The translations under genes and the position numbers were made by a program. Shown one piece after another: positions 18,094-29,894 of a stretch of DNA of 64,000 nt. Source of the stretch: an uncultured delta proteobacterium (GTDB lineage: Bacteria > Desulfobacterota > Binatia > Binatales > Binataceae); NCBI GenBank assembly GCA_963794325.1, contig CAWCDG010000007.1:32001-96000 (forward strand). The letters are read 5' to 3'. Positions within the stretch are counted from its first letter, which is position 1. Every line of letters begins with the position of its first letter. The notes below the pieces were generated by a model, which saw nothing but the letters and a program-made list of their open reading frames with translations, was not told the origin of the DNA and did no database searches.

Positions 18094-21000
18094 ATGCCGG
18101 CGGCAGCGAAAGCAAAAACTCGTATCGAAGCGCCCGCAACGCCACCGCGGGCGCACGCTGCGCGGAAGATTTTCAATTCGGCGAAGCTTAGAGCAGAAGC
18201 CGGCGGGCTGACGCTGCTAGGTCTGGCGCTGATCGTAAACGCAGTATTGTTGTGGCCGGAAATTCGCATCGAGCGGGTGCCGGTCAACGACCTGACTTTC
18301 CATATCGCCGCGTCGCAACGCCTGGCGCAGAGTCTGATCACTGGTGACTCATTCCTGGACCCATGGATGTCGCAATGGGCGCTGGGATATCCGCTATGGC
18401 ACTTCTATCAGCCGCTTCCGCACATGATTGCGGGACTGTGGCTAGCTGCCACCAGCCATTTCGCGTCGGCGCCCGCGTCATTTGCGGTGCTCTACTATCT
18501 ATTGATGGTGGCCCTGCCTGCATCCACTTATCTGGGTGCGCGACTATTCGGGTTGGAGCCGATTGCAGCAGGATTTGCTTCCATTCTGATCATTAGTGTT
18601 AGCGAGGTTGGCGATCTCAGCCGTTATGGGGTGGCGTACGGCGCTTACGTTCGGCGCGGGTCGGGCCTTTACACGCAACTAATGTCCTACAACCTGCTGA
18701 TGCCTGCACTAGGACTCGCCAATTACTCGCTCAACACCGGCAGGCGGAAAATTCTATCAGCCAGCCTGGTTGCCTTGACAGCCCTATCGCACGTCGTGTT
18801 CGGTTATGCCGCAATAGTGTCAGTAGCGATAGTGGCCCTGGTTGGCCCGCGGGGCGATCGCTCGCGACGACTCGTCCGCGCCGCAGGGGTCCTGATTCCC
18901 GCCTTCATCTTGCTTGCATGGTTTGTGGTTCCGATGCTGCTGGCGAGCGGCGAAGCGAACCGATGCCGCTGGGACGACGTTTGGAAGTTCGATTCGTGGG
19001 GCGCGAGGAACATATTCGACGCGCTCTTATCCGGGCGCTTTTTCGATGAAGGCAGATTGCCCGTCATGACGTTGGCGCTGGCGGTCTCGTTGATGCTCGC
19101 AGTGTATCGGTGGAAAAGACCGATGGCGCGACGGCTGCTGGTTCTGACCGCGGTCTGGCTGGCGATTTTCTTCGGCCGGGCGACCTGGGGATATTTCATG
19201 ATCGCCCTGGGGCTTCCGCGGACCTTTCATATCAGCCGGTTCGAGTCGGTATTCGAACTGTTTGCCGTACTGTTGATGGCGTGGGCGCTAGCGAAAATAG
19301 TCGCGGCGGCGTGGAAAGCCGGACGTGCAGCAAGGCTGGTGGCTGTGATCGCGTTGAGCGCGATGGCATTAGTAATGTTCGTTGAGCGCTTCAATTTCCT
19401 CACGCTAAGTAACTATTGGGGAGACGAAAGTCTGGCGGGAATTGCGAGTGAAGGATCCGATCTCGAAGCTGCGCTAGCCGACATCCGTACGATCACGCGC
19501 GAACGTCCGGGCCGGGTGTGGTCAGGTCCTACCGGAATGTGGGCCGCTAAGTTCCAAATCGCCAAGACACAGCCCTATACGTTTCTCTCGCTCGCAGGAT
19601 TCGATGAGCTCAGCTTTCTTTACCACAGCTTGTCATGGAGCTCGGACGTGACTGCCGAACTCAACGAACGCGATCCTTACCAGGTCAAGTTATTCGCGAT
19701 GCGTGCCGTGCTGGCGCCCACGAATCAAGAGATGCCTTCCTACTTCAAACGTCGAGCAGTCCACGGCAAGCTCGCGGTTTACGAGGCTTCGAACGAAGGT
19801 TACTTCGGACTGGTGGACATCGGCGCGCGATATGATGGCCCACTAACGACGGTGCTCAATCGGGACTGGCGATGGATGGATGATCCTGGGGTTCGGGCCG
19901 GCGCAGTTGTCGCCTTGGGTGGCGATCTCCGCGGAGTGCCCGAATGGAAGTTGTTCGAATCGCTGCCGCCACTCAATCCGAGCTTCTCGACTCCGCGCGG
20001 CTCAGTAATTTCCGAAAGCAAGCAGGGTGAGACCTACGGCGCGCACCTCGCGGTCCTACGCCCGTGCTATGCGCTGCTTAAGATCACTTACTTCCCGGGC
20101 CAGCAGGCCACCGTTGACGGAAAGCCTGCGCCCATATTTCGCGTGTATCCCAATTTCTGTGCAATTCCAGTCGGGCCGGGAGAGCATCAGATAGAAGTGC
20201 GGTACCATCCGGGACCTATCAAGCCGATATTGCTGGTTACTGGATTCATATTGGTCGGACTTATCGCGCAGGCGATGCGCAAGCCGAACTACGCGGCGAG
20301 CGAGCAAAGAATCGCCGCACGGCTCGCCGAGTTGGCGACACCTTGGGACACTCCGCGCATGCGGACAGCGCTGGCGCTAGCGGTACTGGTCTTACTCTTT
20401 ACGCGCGCGCTTTTCAGCGGCAATCTGCTCATGGGACATGACTCACTAGCCTATCCGCCGCGACTGACCGAATTTGCGAAGGTACTGAGCGACCACCAAT
20501 TCCCGCCAGTATGGGCGCCGGACCTGGGATCAGGCCATGGACAGCCGCTGTTCGAATTCGCACCACCTCTGATCTATGCGACCGCATTGCCTTTCTTCAG
20601 AGGCGGCATGTCACTTGCTGATTCGCTTCAATTCGGATTGGCGATGCTGTTCGCGCTCGGCGCCATCGCAATTTTTCGAATCGGGCGAAAGCTCTCGTTT
20701 TCTCGGCTGGCTTCAGTCGGCGCCGCGGCCGCATGGCTGTTCGCTCCATACCAGGCTCTGGACATTTACGTGTGCGGGCGATTCGCCGAGTCGGCCGCGA
20801 TTGCAGTAGCTCCTATCGGGCTGCTCGGCCTCCTCATAGCTCTTCAGCGTCCGACTGTAATCAGTGTGTTGGTAGGCGCACTAGCTGTGGCGCTGCTGCC
20901 GCTGGCGCACAATGCGGTCGCGTTGCTGATGTTTCCGGCATTTGCGGCAATAGTAGTCGTTCGCGCCGCGGTCTCGGATAGTCGGCTGAGAACCGCAGCC

Positions 21001-22056
21001 GCTGGGGCTTCCGTGCTCGTCGGCGGGCTAGGACTTAGTGCTTTCTTCTGGCTTCCTGCGTTCCTCGAACGCGATCTAGTCAAGACCAACCTTCTGCTGA
21101 CCGGCGTACTAAATTGGACCAACTACATTATCAACCCCTCCCAGTTGCTTTGGTCGCCCTGGGGATACGGCATCTCGATGCGCGGCCCTACGAACGGCAT
21201 CTCTTACTCACTCGGGCTCTTCCACATAGCCTTGGCCGTCGCGGGAGTACTTATCGCGATCCGCGCGGCGAATCGTATTCGCCGCCTTGACGCCTTAGTC
21301 TTCGCCGGCGCGGCGGTGGTCGGCGCACTGTTAGCCACTGACTGGTCATGGAAGATTTGGGAGCACGTCGCCACTCTTCAATATCTCGTTTATCCGTGGC
21401 GTACCTTATGTGTTCCAGCTCTCTTCATGCCATTGCTGGCTCTCTATGCGTTCGACCGGATGGGCCAGAGACTAGCATCTACGGCGATTGTAGTCCTCGT
21501 AGTATTTAACCTGGCGCACACTCAACCCAAGGGAATTGAGACCTATGACGAGGCCTACTATAGTGCAGACCTGATTGCTCAAAAAGGAATCAATACGACC
21601 ACTCGCGAAGAGTATGAGCCGCAAACTGTCTATCACCGTCCCGCGTTTGACCCTGTATCTCTCAAAGGTGTGAGATCGGCGCCGGTCGTATCGCAGCTTG
21701 CGGTCAGCTCGAACCGCCAGTCGTTCACGGTTGACGCGAGCGAGCCCTCGTTAATGCAGGATTCGATCTTCGACTATCCCGGATGGACGGTGCTGGTTGA
21801 CGATAGCGAAGTTGCGACCTCGCCAGCCTCGGATAGCGGCGAGATCACCTTCAATGTCCCATCGGGTATTAATAGCGTCCTGGTTGAGCTACGTCCTACT
21901 CCTGTTCGGCGATGGTCTTACTATGCATCTCTGGCCACGGGCGCAGTGATGATTCTCATAATGACGTTTGCACTGATCACCGGGCGGAAACGTAGGGAGC
22001 CAGTCGATAAGGCTGGATCTACAGCTAAAAAAGCTCGCCCGATGAAAAGCGCTTGA
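18094..22056 (+). CDS. 1320-aa polytopic membrane protein with two tandem GT-C/YfhO-like (PTPS-related) modules
   Basis: Module 1: NDLTFH..W..GYPLWHFYQPL..YFPGQQATVDG; module 2: HDSLAY..W..GQPLFEFAPPL..YPWR..YPGWTVLVDD; many TM helices. Confidence 0.75.
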   Translation: MPAAAKAKTRIEAPATPPRAHAARKIFNSAKLRAEAGGLTLLGLALIVNAVLLWPEIRIERVPVNDLTFHIAASQRLAQSLITGDSFLDPWMSQWALGYPLWHFYQPLPHMIAGLWLAATSHFASAPASFAVLYYLLMVALPASTYLGARLFGLEPIAAGFASILIISVSEVGDLSRYGVAYGAYVRRGSGLYTQLMSYNLLMPALGLANYSLNTGRRKILSASLVALTALSHVVFGYAAIVSVAIVALVGPRGDRSRRLVRAAGVLIPAFILLAWFVVPMLLASGEANRCRWDDVWKFDSWGARNIFDALLSGRFFDEGRLPVMTLALAVSLMLAVYRWKRPMARRLLVLTAVWLAIFFGRATWGYFMIALGLPRTFHISRFESVFELFAVLLMAWALAKIVAAAWKAGRAARLVAVIALSAMALVMFVERFNFLTLSNYWGDESLAGIASEGSDLEAALADIRTITRERPGRVWSGPTGMWAAKFQIAKTQPYTFLSLAGFDELSFLYHSLSWSSDVTAELNERDPYQVKLFAMRAVLAPTNQEMPSYFKRRAVHGKLAVYEASNEGYFGLVDIGARYDGPLTTVLNRDWRWMDDPGVRAGAVVALGGDLRGVPEWKLFESLPPLNPSFSTPRGSVISESKQGETYGAHLAVLRPCYALLKITYFPGQQATVDGKPAPIFRVYPNFCAIPVGPGEHQIEVRYHPGPIKPILLVTGFILVGLIAQAMRKPNYAASEQRIAARLAELATPWDTPRMRTALALAVLVLLFTRALFSGNLLMGHDSLAYPPRLTEFAKVLSDHQFPPVWAPDLGSGHGQPLFEFAPPLIYATALPFFRGGMSLADSLQFGLAMLFALGAIAIFRIGRKLSFSRLASVGAAAAWLFAPYQALDIYVCGRFAESAAIAVAPIGLLGLLIALQRPTVISVLVGALAVALLPLAHNAVALLMFPAFAAIVVVRAAVSDSRLRTAAAGASVLVGGLGLSAFFWLPAFLERDLVKTNLLLTGVLNWTNYIINPSQLLWSPWGYGISMRGPTNGISYSLGLFHIALAVAGVLIAIRAANRIRRLDALVFAGAAVVGALLATDWSWKIWEHVATLQYLVYPWRTLCVPALFMPLLALYAFDRMGQRLASTAIVVLVVFNLAHTQPKGIETYDEAYYSADLIAQKGINTTTREEYEPQTVYHRPAFDPVSLKGVRSAPVVSQLAVSSNRQSFTVDASEPSLMQDSIFDYPGWTVLVDDSEVATSPASDSGEITFNVPSGINSVLVELRPTPVRRWSYYASLATGAVMILIMTFALITGRKRREPVDKAGSTAKKARPMKSA

Positions 22057-22058
22057 CG

Positions 22059-22778
22059 CTAGGCCACGAATATCTCTTCGAAGAAGTCGGACATAGCTTT
22101 CCACGATCGTGTGTCCACTAGCTTGTTGTAACCGATACCCGGCATGCCAATACTGTCCGAGTTCGGATTGGTGAAGCTATGCTTCGCGCCTCCATAGACG
22201 ATCACCTGCCAGTCTGCGCCGGCGTTCTTCATCTCAGTCTCGAAGGCAGTGACCTGTTCGAACGGGATCATGGTGTCATCAGCGCCGGTGCACACGAGGA
22301 TTTTCGTTTTAACCTTGCCTGCCTCGGCCGGTCGCAGTGTTTGCAGTCCGCCATGAAAGCTGACGATACCCTTGAGCGGCGCGCCGTCGCGAGCGAGTTC
22401 CAGCGAGAACGTACCGCCCATACAGAATCCTATCGCGGCCAGCCGGGCAGGGTCGGTCTGCGGCATTGACGCGAGACGGTCGAGCGCCGCGCGACCGCGC
22501 TTGCGGAGTTTGGCCGGATCCGTAAAAAGCGGTGTCGCAAGCTTCATCGCCTCGGGCAGGCTCGATACTTCGATTCCGTTGCCATACGGATCGCCGGCGA
22601 ATGCGACGTAGCCCAGCTCTGCCAGGCGCTCGGCGCGTTTCTTCGCATGCTCACCCAGTCCGAACGCCTCCGGCATCACGAGGACGCCAGGCCGCTTGCC
22701 GGTTTTCTTCTCGTCGTACGCGAGATAGCCGCGAAGGGCTACGTCGCCGTCCTTGTATTCGATTGTTTCTGTTTTCAT
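22059..22778 (-). CDS. Dienelactone hydrolase family protein
   Basis: GFCMGG, SFHG, GADD, HSFTNP. Confidence 0.92.
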   Translation of the reverse strand: MKTETIEYKDGDVALRGYLAYDEKKTGKRPGVLVMPEAFGLGEHAKKRAERLAELGYVAFAGDPYGNGIEVSSLPEAMKLATPLFTDPAKLRKRGRAALDRLASMPQTDPARLAAIGFCMGGTFSLELARDGAPLKGIVSFHGGLQTLRPAEAGKVKTKILVCTGADDTMIPFEQVTAFETEMKNAGADWQVIVYGGAKHSFTNPNSDSIGMPGIGYNKLVDTRSWKAMSDFFEEIFVA

Positions 22779-22886
22779 TCGCGTCTCCGATGAGTGTGAT
22801 TCAATCGCCATCTTGCACAATTCGAGCATTTTCTGGAAGCGCCGGAATAGTTGTAGGTTAACGCATCGCGAGCCGAGGAGGCTTCA

Positions 22887-23621
22887 ATGCTCGAGCTGTA
22901 TCACGCCCACATTTCGACGTGCAGTCAAAAGGTCCGGCTGTGCCTGGCGGAGAAGGGGCTAGTGTGGACCAGCCATCCAATCGAATTTGCACGTGGTGAG
23001 CATCTGATGCCGGCGTATCTCGCTCTGAATCCCAACGGCGTCGTACCTACGCTGGTGCATGACGGGCGTCCCGTCATCGACTCGTCGGTGATCTGCGAAT
23101 ACCTCGAGGAAATCGCTCCCAGCGAAGGCAGCGCGCTGATGCCTCGCGACGCTTACGGGCGGGCGCGAGTCCGCGCGTGGCTGCGTTACATCGAGGAAGT
23201 GCCGACCGCGGCGATTCGTGTGCCGTCGTTCAACGGGTTGTTTCTCAAGGGATGGCGCCAGATGAGCGACACGCAGCGCGCTGGATACATCGCAGCAACG
23301 CCGCTGCGCAAGGGACACTATCGTCGCTTCGGCACCGAAGGCTTTTCGAAAGATCAGATGGACGAATCCACCGAGCGGCTGCGCCAGACCGTCGAGAGAA
23401 TCGACTCTGCGGTTGCGAAGACCGCGCAGTGGCTGGCAAGCGATACGATCTCGCTGGCCGACTTATGCGTACTGCCGACGATCGTGCGGATGTCGGACAT
23501 CGGCCTCGAACATGTATGGCGCGACCTGCCCAACATGACGGATTGGTACGCGCGAATCAGATCGCGGCCGTCATTCGAGCAGGCATTCTATCCGGGCGCG
23601 CGCGTCTCGGTTGCCGATTAG
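22887..23621 (+). CDS. Glutathione S-transferase family protein
   Basis: STCSQKVR, NPNGVVPTL, DSSVICEYL, SLADL. Confidence 0.92.
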   Translation: MLELYHAHISTCSQKVRLCLAEKGLVWTSHPIEFARGEHLMPAYLALNPNGVVPTLVHDGRPVIDSSVICEYLEEIAPSEGSALMPRDAYGRARVRAWLRYIEEVPTAAIRVPSFNGLFLKGWRQMSDTQRAGYIAATPLRKGHYRRFGTEGFSKDQMDESTERLRQTVERIDSAVAKTAQWLASDTISLADLCVLPTIVRMSDIGLEHVWRDLPNMTDWYARIRSRPSFEQAFYPGARVSVAD

Positions 23622-23661
23622 GAATTCGCGGCGCGACGCGAGTTTTGCTAGGAGCTTGGTT

Positions 23662-24156
23662 ATGGCAGATCCCGATTTCGGTCAGTTCAAGCTGGTGCAC
23701 AAAGGCCATTCGTTCGAAGAATTCCACGAGGGCCAGGTCTTCGATCATCATTGGGGCCGCACGATCAACGCCGGCGACAATTCGCTCTTCACCACCGCGA
23801 CGCTGGCGCACTGCCCGCTGTACTTCAACGCGGAGTATGCGCGCGCGCACGGTCATCCCGATGTGGTCGTCGATCCGATGCTGGTTGCGTGCACGGTGGT
23901 CGGCATCTCGGTCGAGGATTTGAGCGAAGCGGGCGGACCGTTCCTCGGCATTAACAATTTGGAATTTCACCGCCCGGTCTATCCAGGAGACACGCTGACC
24001 GCGCGCAGCACTGTCGTCTCGACGCGCGAATCGGCGAGCCGCGGAAATTTCGGAATCGTCACCTGGCGCACTGAAGCGCGCAATCAACGCGACGAACTCG
24101 TCATCAGCTACGAGCGCACCAACCTCGTCGCCAAACGCAGAGGAGCGCCATTGTGA
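23662..24156 (+). CDS. MaoC dehydratase (like the N-half of mesaconyl-CoA hydratase)
   Basis: FEEF..GQ..H..GRTI, PVYPGDTL, NQRDELV; GGAG RBS. Confidence 0.85.
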   Translation: MADPDFGQFKLVHKGHSFEEFHEGQVFDHHWGRTINAGDNSLFTTATLAHCPLYFNAEYARAHGHPDVVVDPMLVACTVVGISVEDLSEAGGPFLGINNLEFHRPVYPGDTLTARSTVVSTRESASRGNFGIVTWRTEARNQRDELVISYERTNLVAKRRGAPL

Positions 24157-25329
24157 GTTACATGACCGACGAGCGGCGGATGATTCAGCAGACGGCGCGC
24201 GACTTCGCGATGAACGAAGTTTTGCCCATCGCGAACAAGCTCGATCCCGAGCAAGGCGACATCCCGATGTCAGTTGCGGGACAAGCTGGCCGAGATGGGC
24301 TACTTCGGCGTCGTCATTCCGGAGGAATACGGCGGGCTCGGCATGGGCGCGTTCGAGTACGCGTTGATTACCGAGGAACTCGCGCGCGCATGGATGAGCG
24401 TCGCGAGCATCATCGCGCGCGGTAACGGACTCGGCGGCGGTTTCACGGCGGCTCAGCGGCGCGAATACCTTCCGCGGATGGCACGTGGAGAATTTCTCGG
24501 CGCGGCTGCGCTGTCGGAGCCTGACGCGGGATCCGATCTCGCCAACGTCTCGTGCAAAGCGACGCGCGACGGCGACGGCTGGATGCTCAACGGCACCAAG
24601 ACCTGGTGCACATTTGCCGACGGCGCGGATTTCATCTCGGTGCTCGCGCGCACGAAGCAGCCGTCTGATCCGCGCCGCCGTCACGAGGGCATCAGCCAGT
24701 TCCTCGTTCTCAAGGAGCGCGGCAAGTTTCCGCCGGGGCTCACGGGTTCGCCGATTCGCAAGATTGGGTACTTCGGATGGAAGACGTGGGAGCTGCACTT
24801 CGACAACTTCAAGCTGCCGGCCGACGCGTTGCTCGGACGAGAGCGCGAAGACCGCGGCGAGGGCAAGGGATTCTACGGGGCAGTCAGCGGGCTGGAGGTC
24901 GCGCGCGTGCATACTGCGGCGCGTGCGATCGGGTTGGCGCGAGGCGGCCTCGAAGACGCGTTGTCATACGCGCAGAAGCGGGTCGCATTCGGGCAGCCGA
25001 TCGGAGAATTCCAAGCGATTCGATTCAAGCTCGCCGAAATGGCGACCGAGATCGAAGCCGCGCGCCAGCTCATGTACTTCGTCGCGACGGAAGTCGATAG
25101 CAAGCGGCGATGCGACAAGGAGGCCTCGATGGCGAAGCTGTTCGCCTCCGAAATGGCCGAGCGCGTGACCAGCCAGGCGCTGCAGATTCACGGCGGCTAC
25201 GGATACACCAAGGACTTCCCGCTCGAACGCTACTGGCGCGACGCGCGCCTGACCAAGATTTTCGAAGGCACTTCTGAAATCCAGTTGCGTATCATCTCCG
25301 ATCGCCTGCTGCCGAGGGTGCGAAAGTGA
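24153..25329 (+). CDS. Acyl-CoA dehydrogenase, +1 indel at ~24272
   Basis: MSYMTDERRMIQ.. N-terminus in one frame; LRDKLAEMG..SEPDAGSD..QIHGGYGY..IFEGTSEIQ in the next. Confidence 0.9.
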
Positions 25330-25811
25330 GTACGTCTATCTCGAAACTGACTGGCAAGGGCAATTATTTCGAAGACTTCGAAGTCGGCGCGAAGATGCGT
25401 CATGCGCGCGGCACCACCATCGGCGAGATCGAAAATCAGATGCTCACGAAGCTCGTGCTGAACACCGCCGACGGCCACTACAACGAGCATCGCATGCGAT
25501 CGACGCAATTCGGCCAGCGCCTGGTCTTCGGCCTCGTGACCGGATCGGTATGCATCGGGCTGGCGACGCAGGATACCGCCGAAAATGCGCTCGCGGAGCT
25601 GGGCCTGACGGGTATCAGGTTCACGTCGCCGGTTTTTCATGGCGATACGCTCTATGCGTACACGGAAGTGCTCGAAAAGCGCGACGCCGATCGCGACGAC
25701 GCCGGCATCGTGCGCTTCAAGCATTGGGGAACCAAGCACGACGGGACGATCGTCTTCGAGGGCGAGCGCACAGTGCTAATCAAGCGCCGCTCGCATTGGG
25801 GCAATCGATGA
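25326..25811 (+). CDS. MaoC dehydratase (like the C-half of mesaconyl-CoA hydratase)
   Basis: GNYFEDFEVG, NTADGHYN, FGQRLVFG, PVFHGDTL. Confidence 0.85.
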   Translation: MSTSISKLTGKGNYFEDFEVGAKMRHARGTTIGEIENQMLTKLVLNTADGHYNEHRMRSTQFGQRLVFGLVTGSVCIGLATQDTAENALAELGLTGIRFTSPVFHGDTLYAYTEVLEKRDADRDDAGIVRFKHWGTKHDGTIVFEGERTVLIKRRSHWGNR

Positions 25812-27007
25812 ACGCGCGCACCGGGCCGCTGTCAGATGTTCGCGTGCTCGATCTCACGCAGGCGCTGGCCGGTCCATACTGCACGATGCTGCTGGCCGAC
25901 CTCGGCGCCGACGTTATCAAGGTCGAACCTCCCGCCGGCGACATGAGCCGAAGCATGGGACCGCATCCGGCGGATCGCAAAGGATGCGACTACGGCGGCT
26001 ACTTCGCGAGCGTCAATCGCAACAAGCGCAGCATCGTGCTCGACATCAAGACCGACGCGGGCCGCGACGCATTCTTCAAGCTCGTGAAGACGGCGGATGC
26101 GGTCGTCGAGAACGCGAAGACCGGCGTGATGGATCGCGCGGGAGTCAGCTACGAGCGGTTGCGTGAAATAAATCCGGCGCTGGTGTATGCCGCGATTCGT
26201 GGCTTCGGCGATCCGCGCACCGGCGCGAGCCCGTATGCGAATTGGCCGGCGTTCGACATCGTCGCGCAGAGCATGGGCGGGCTGGTTGCGATCACTGGTC
26301 CGCAAGGCAGCGCAGGCTACAAAGCCGGACCGGGAGTCGGCGACATTTATCCCGGCACTCTCGCCGCGTTGGGCGTTGTGTCTGCGGTTCATGCGGCGCG
26401 CCGCACCGGGCAGGGGCAATTTCTCGACGTCGCGATGTACGACGCGATCCTCGCGCTGTGCGAGATGATCGTTTACAGCTATTCGGCGGCCGGCATCGTC
26501 CGTGAGCCTGCAGGCAACGGCACTGCGGTGCTGTGTCCATTCGATATTTTTCCAACGCGCGACGGCGCGGTCGCGATCGCGGCGCCCGGCGAGAATCATT
26601 GGAAGATTTTGTGCGACGCGATCGGCCGGCCCGAGCTGGTGGCTGACGATCGCACGCGCAACGTCAATCGGCGCGTCGCCAACGCCGATTTCGTCCGCGG
26701 CACCCTCAGCGAGTGGACGAAGGCGCACACCACGCGCGATGTCGTCGGCGCGATCGGTGGCAAGGTGCCGGTTGGCCCGGTCAACACCGCCAGAGATATT
26801 TTCGAGGACCCGCATCCAAAGACGCGCGACATGCTGGTCCAGGTCGAGCAGCCGGGCGACAATCCTCCGCTGGTGATCGCGGGATGTCCGATCAAGCTGA
26901 CCAGGACGCCGTCGGGAATCTATGCGCGCGCGCCGCGCCTCGGCGAGCATACCGATCAGGTGCTGGCTGACGTGGGAATTTCAATCGCGCGAAAGGAGCA
27001 ATCATGA
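25808..27007 (+). CDS. Family III (CaiB/BaiF) CoA-transferase
   Basis: GPLSDVRVLDL..AGP, GADVIKVE, NRNKRS, APRLGEHT; ATGA overlap with upstream gene. Confidence 0.93.
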   Translation: MNARTGPLSDVRVLDLTQALAGPYCTMLLADLGADVIKVEPPAGDMSRSMGPHPADRKGCDYGGYFASVNRNKRSIVLDIKTDAGRDAFFKLVKTADAVVENAKTGVMDRAGVSYERLREINPALVYAAIRGFGDPRTGASPYANWPAFDIVAQSMGGLVAITGPQGSAGYKAGPGVGDIYPGTLAALGVVSAVHAARRTGQGQFLDVAMYDAILALCEMIVYSYSAAGIVREPAGNGTAVLCPFDIFPTRDGAVAIAAPGENHWKILCDAIGRPELVADDRTRNVNRRVANADFVRGTLSEWTKAHTTRDVVGAIGGKVPVGPVNTARDIFEDPHPKTRDMLVQVEQPGDNPPLVIAGCPIKLTRTPSGIYARAPRLGEHTDQVLADVGISIARKEQS

Positions 27008-27912
27008 CTCTTCGATTAAGACGTTCCGAACTTTCGACCCCGGCTTCGAGTCCGAAGATGATCGAGAAGGCGATGGCGACTGCCGCCGACATGGTGTTTC
27101 TCGATCTCGAGGATGCGGTCGCGCCGTCGCAGAAAGAAGCGGCGCGCAAGAACGCGGTCGATGCGCTCCGCAATCTCGATTGGGGCAACAAGGTGCGCGC
27201 AGTGCGCGTCAACGGCGCGGATACGCACTGGGCACACGACGATGTGATCAACGTCGTCGAGGGCGCGGGCGACAAGCTCGACGTAATCATCGTGCCGAAG
27301 CCGAAGGCGCCGCGCGACATCTGGTTCTTCGACACCCTGCTGACGCAGCTCGAGACCAAACTCCATCTGAAGAAAAAGATCGGACTCGAAGCTCTGATCG
27401 AGGAAAGCGCTGCGCTCGCGCGCGTCGAGGAAATAGCGGCGTCGTCGCCGCGTCTCGAGGCGCTCATACTCGGCTTCGGCGATCTGTCGGCGAGTCAGGG
27501 GATGCGCTTCGGCGTCGCCAGCGATCCGGCGCTGCGGTATCCCGGCGACATGTGGCATCACGCGCGCGTGCGGATGATCACGGCGTGCCGCGCCAACGGC
27601 CTCGACGCGATCGACGGTCCGTTCGGCAACTTCAAAGATCCGGACGGCTATCGGCGTGAGGCGACGTGGGCGGCGACGCTCGGAGCGGTCGGCAAATGGG
27701 CGATACATCCCAGCCAGATTGAAATTGCCAACGACGTGTTCGCGCCGACCCCGCACGAAATCGAAAACGCGCGCAAAATGTCCGAAGCCTATCAAGCCGC
27801 CACCCGCGACGGCGCCGGCGCCGCAGGCGCCGGCGGAATGCTCGTGGACGCAGTCGCAGTCCGAATCTTCGAAGGAGTCCTCGAGCGCGCCCGCCTCACC
27901 GGCCGCGCTTAA
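27004..27912 (+). CDS. CitE-family CoA-ester lyase (malyl-/beta-methylmalyl-CoA lyase-like)
   Basis: RSELSTP, DLEDAV, VRVN, DGPF, GKWAIHPSQI. Confidence 0.88.
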   Translation: MTLRLRRSELSTPASSPKMIEKAMATAADMVFLDLEDAVAPSQKEAARKNAVDALRNLDWGNKVRAVRVNGADTHWAHDDVINVVEGAGDKLDVIIVPKPKAPRDIWFFDTLLTQLETKLHLKKKIGLEALIEESAALARVEEIAASSPRLEALILGFGDLSASQGMRFGVASDPALRYPGDMWHHARVRMITACRANGLDAIDGPFGNFKDPDGYRREATWAATLGAVGKWAIHPSQIEIANDVFAPTPHEIENARKMSEAYQAATRDGAGAAGAGGMLVDAVAVRIFEGVLERARLTGRA

Positions 27913-28285
27913 AAGTCACGCCTGCGCGGCGCGCGCCAAGGGGTGACCCCTTGGAACCCGATGTTACCGCGCTTTTCGAAGGTGTTGCCAAGTGGGCCCT
28001 CTTAACCGGCCGCGGTGTCCCTCGCAGCTTTCCAGCGGACGTTTGTCGAAAACCTTTATATTTCAGAAACTCCTTCGCGCGCGCGTTGTGAAGCTGATGA
28101 AAAATCGCAATCGAAAGGTAATGTACCAAAGTACAATATCCGCCCGTAACGGATCGGAGTATTTACCGAGGAAGAGTGCTGACGAAGGTCGGATCAAATC
28201 GTGACCACCCATCTCGGCACTGACTTTTTTCCCTCAATGGAGAGAGTTGACCTGAAATTCGCAATCTAACCAAAAGGAGATTGAA

Positions 28286-29779
<1,494 letters not shown>

Positions 29780-29894
29780 CCTGCCATCGAGCATCGACGA
29801 ACAGCTAGGGTGCTGTGTCCGGCCGGGGCGCAGGGCACAGCACCTATCCTGACGCCCTGAGCGCAGCACCTAGAGATGAACATCGCGCGTTAAC

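Noticed and set aside
24261-24280. Programmed frameshift in the acyl-CoA dehydrogenase
   Set aside because: No slippery sequence; one of several isolated indels, more likely a sequence error
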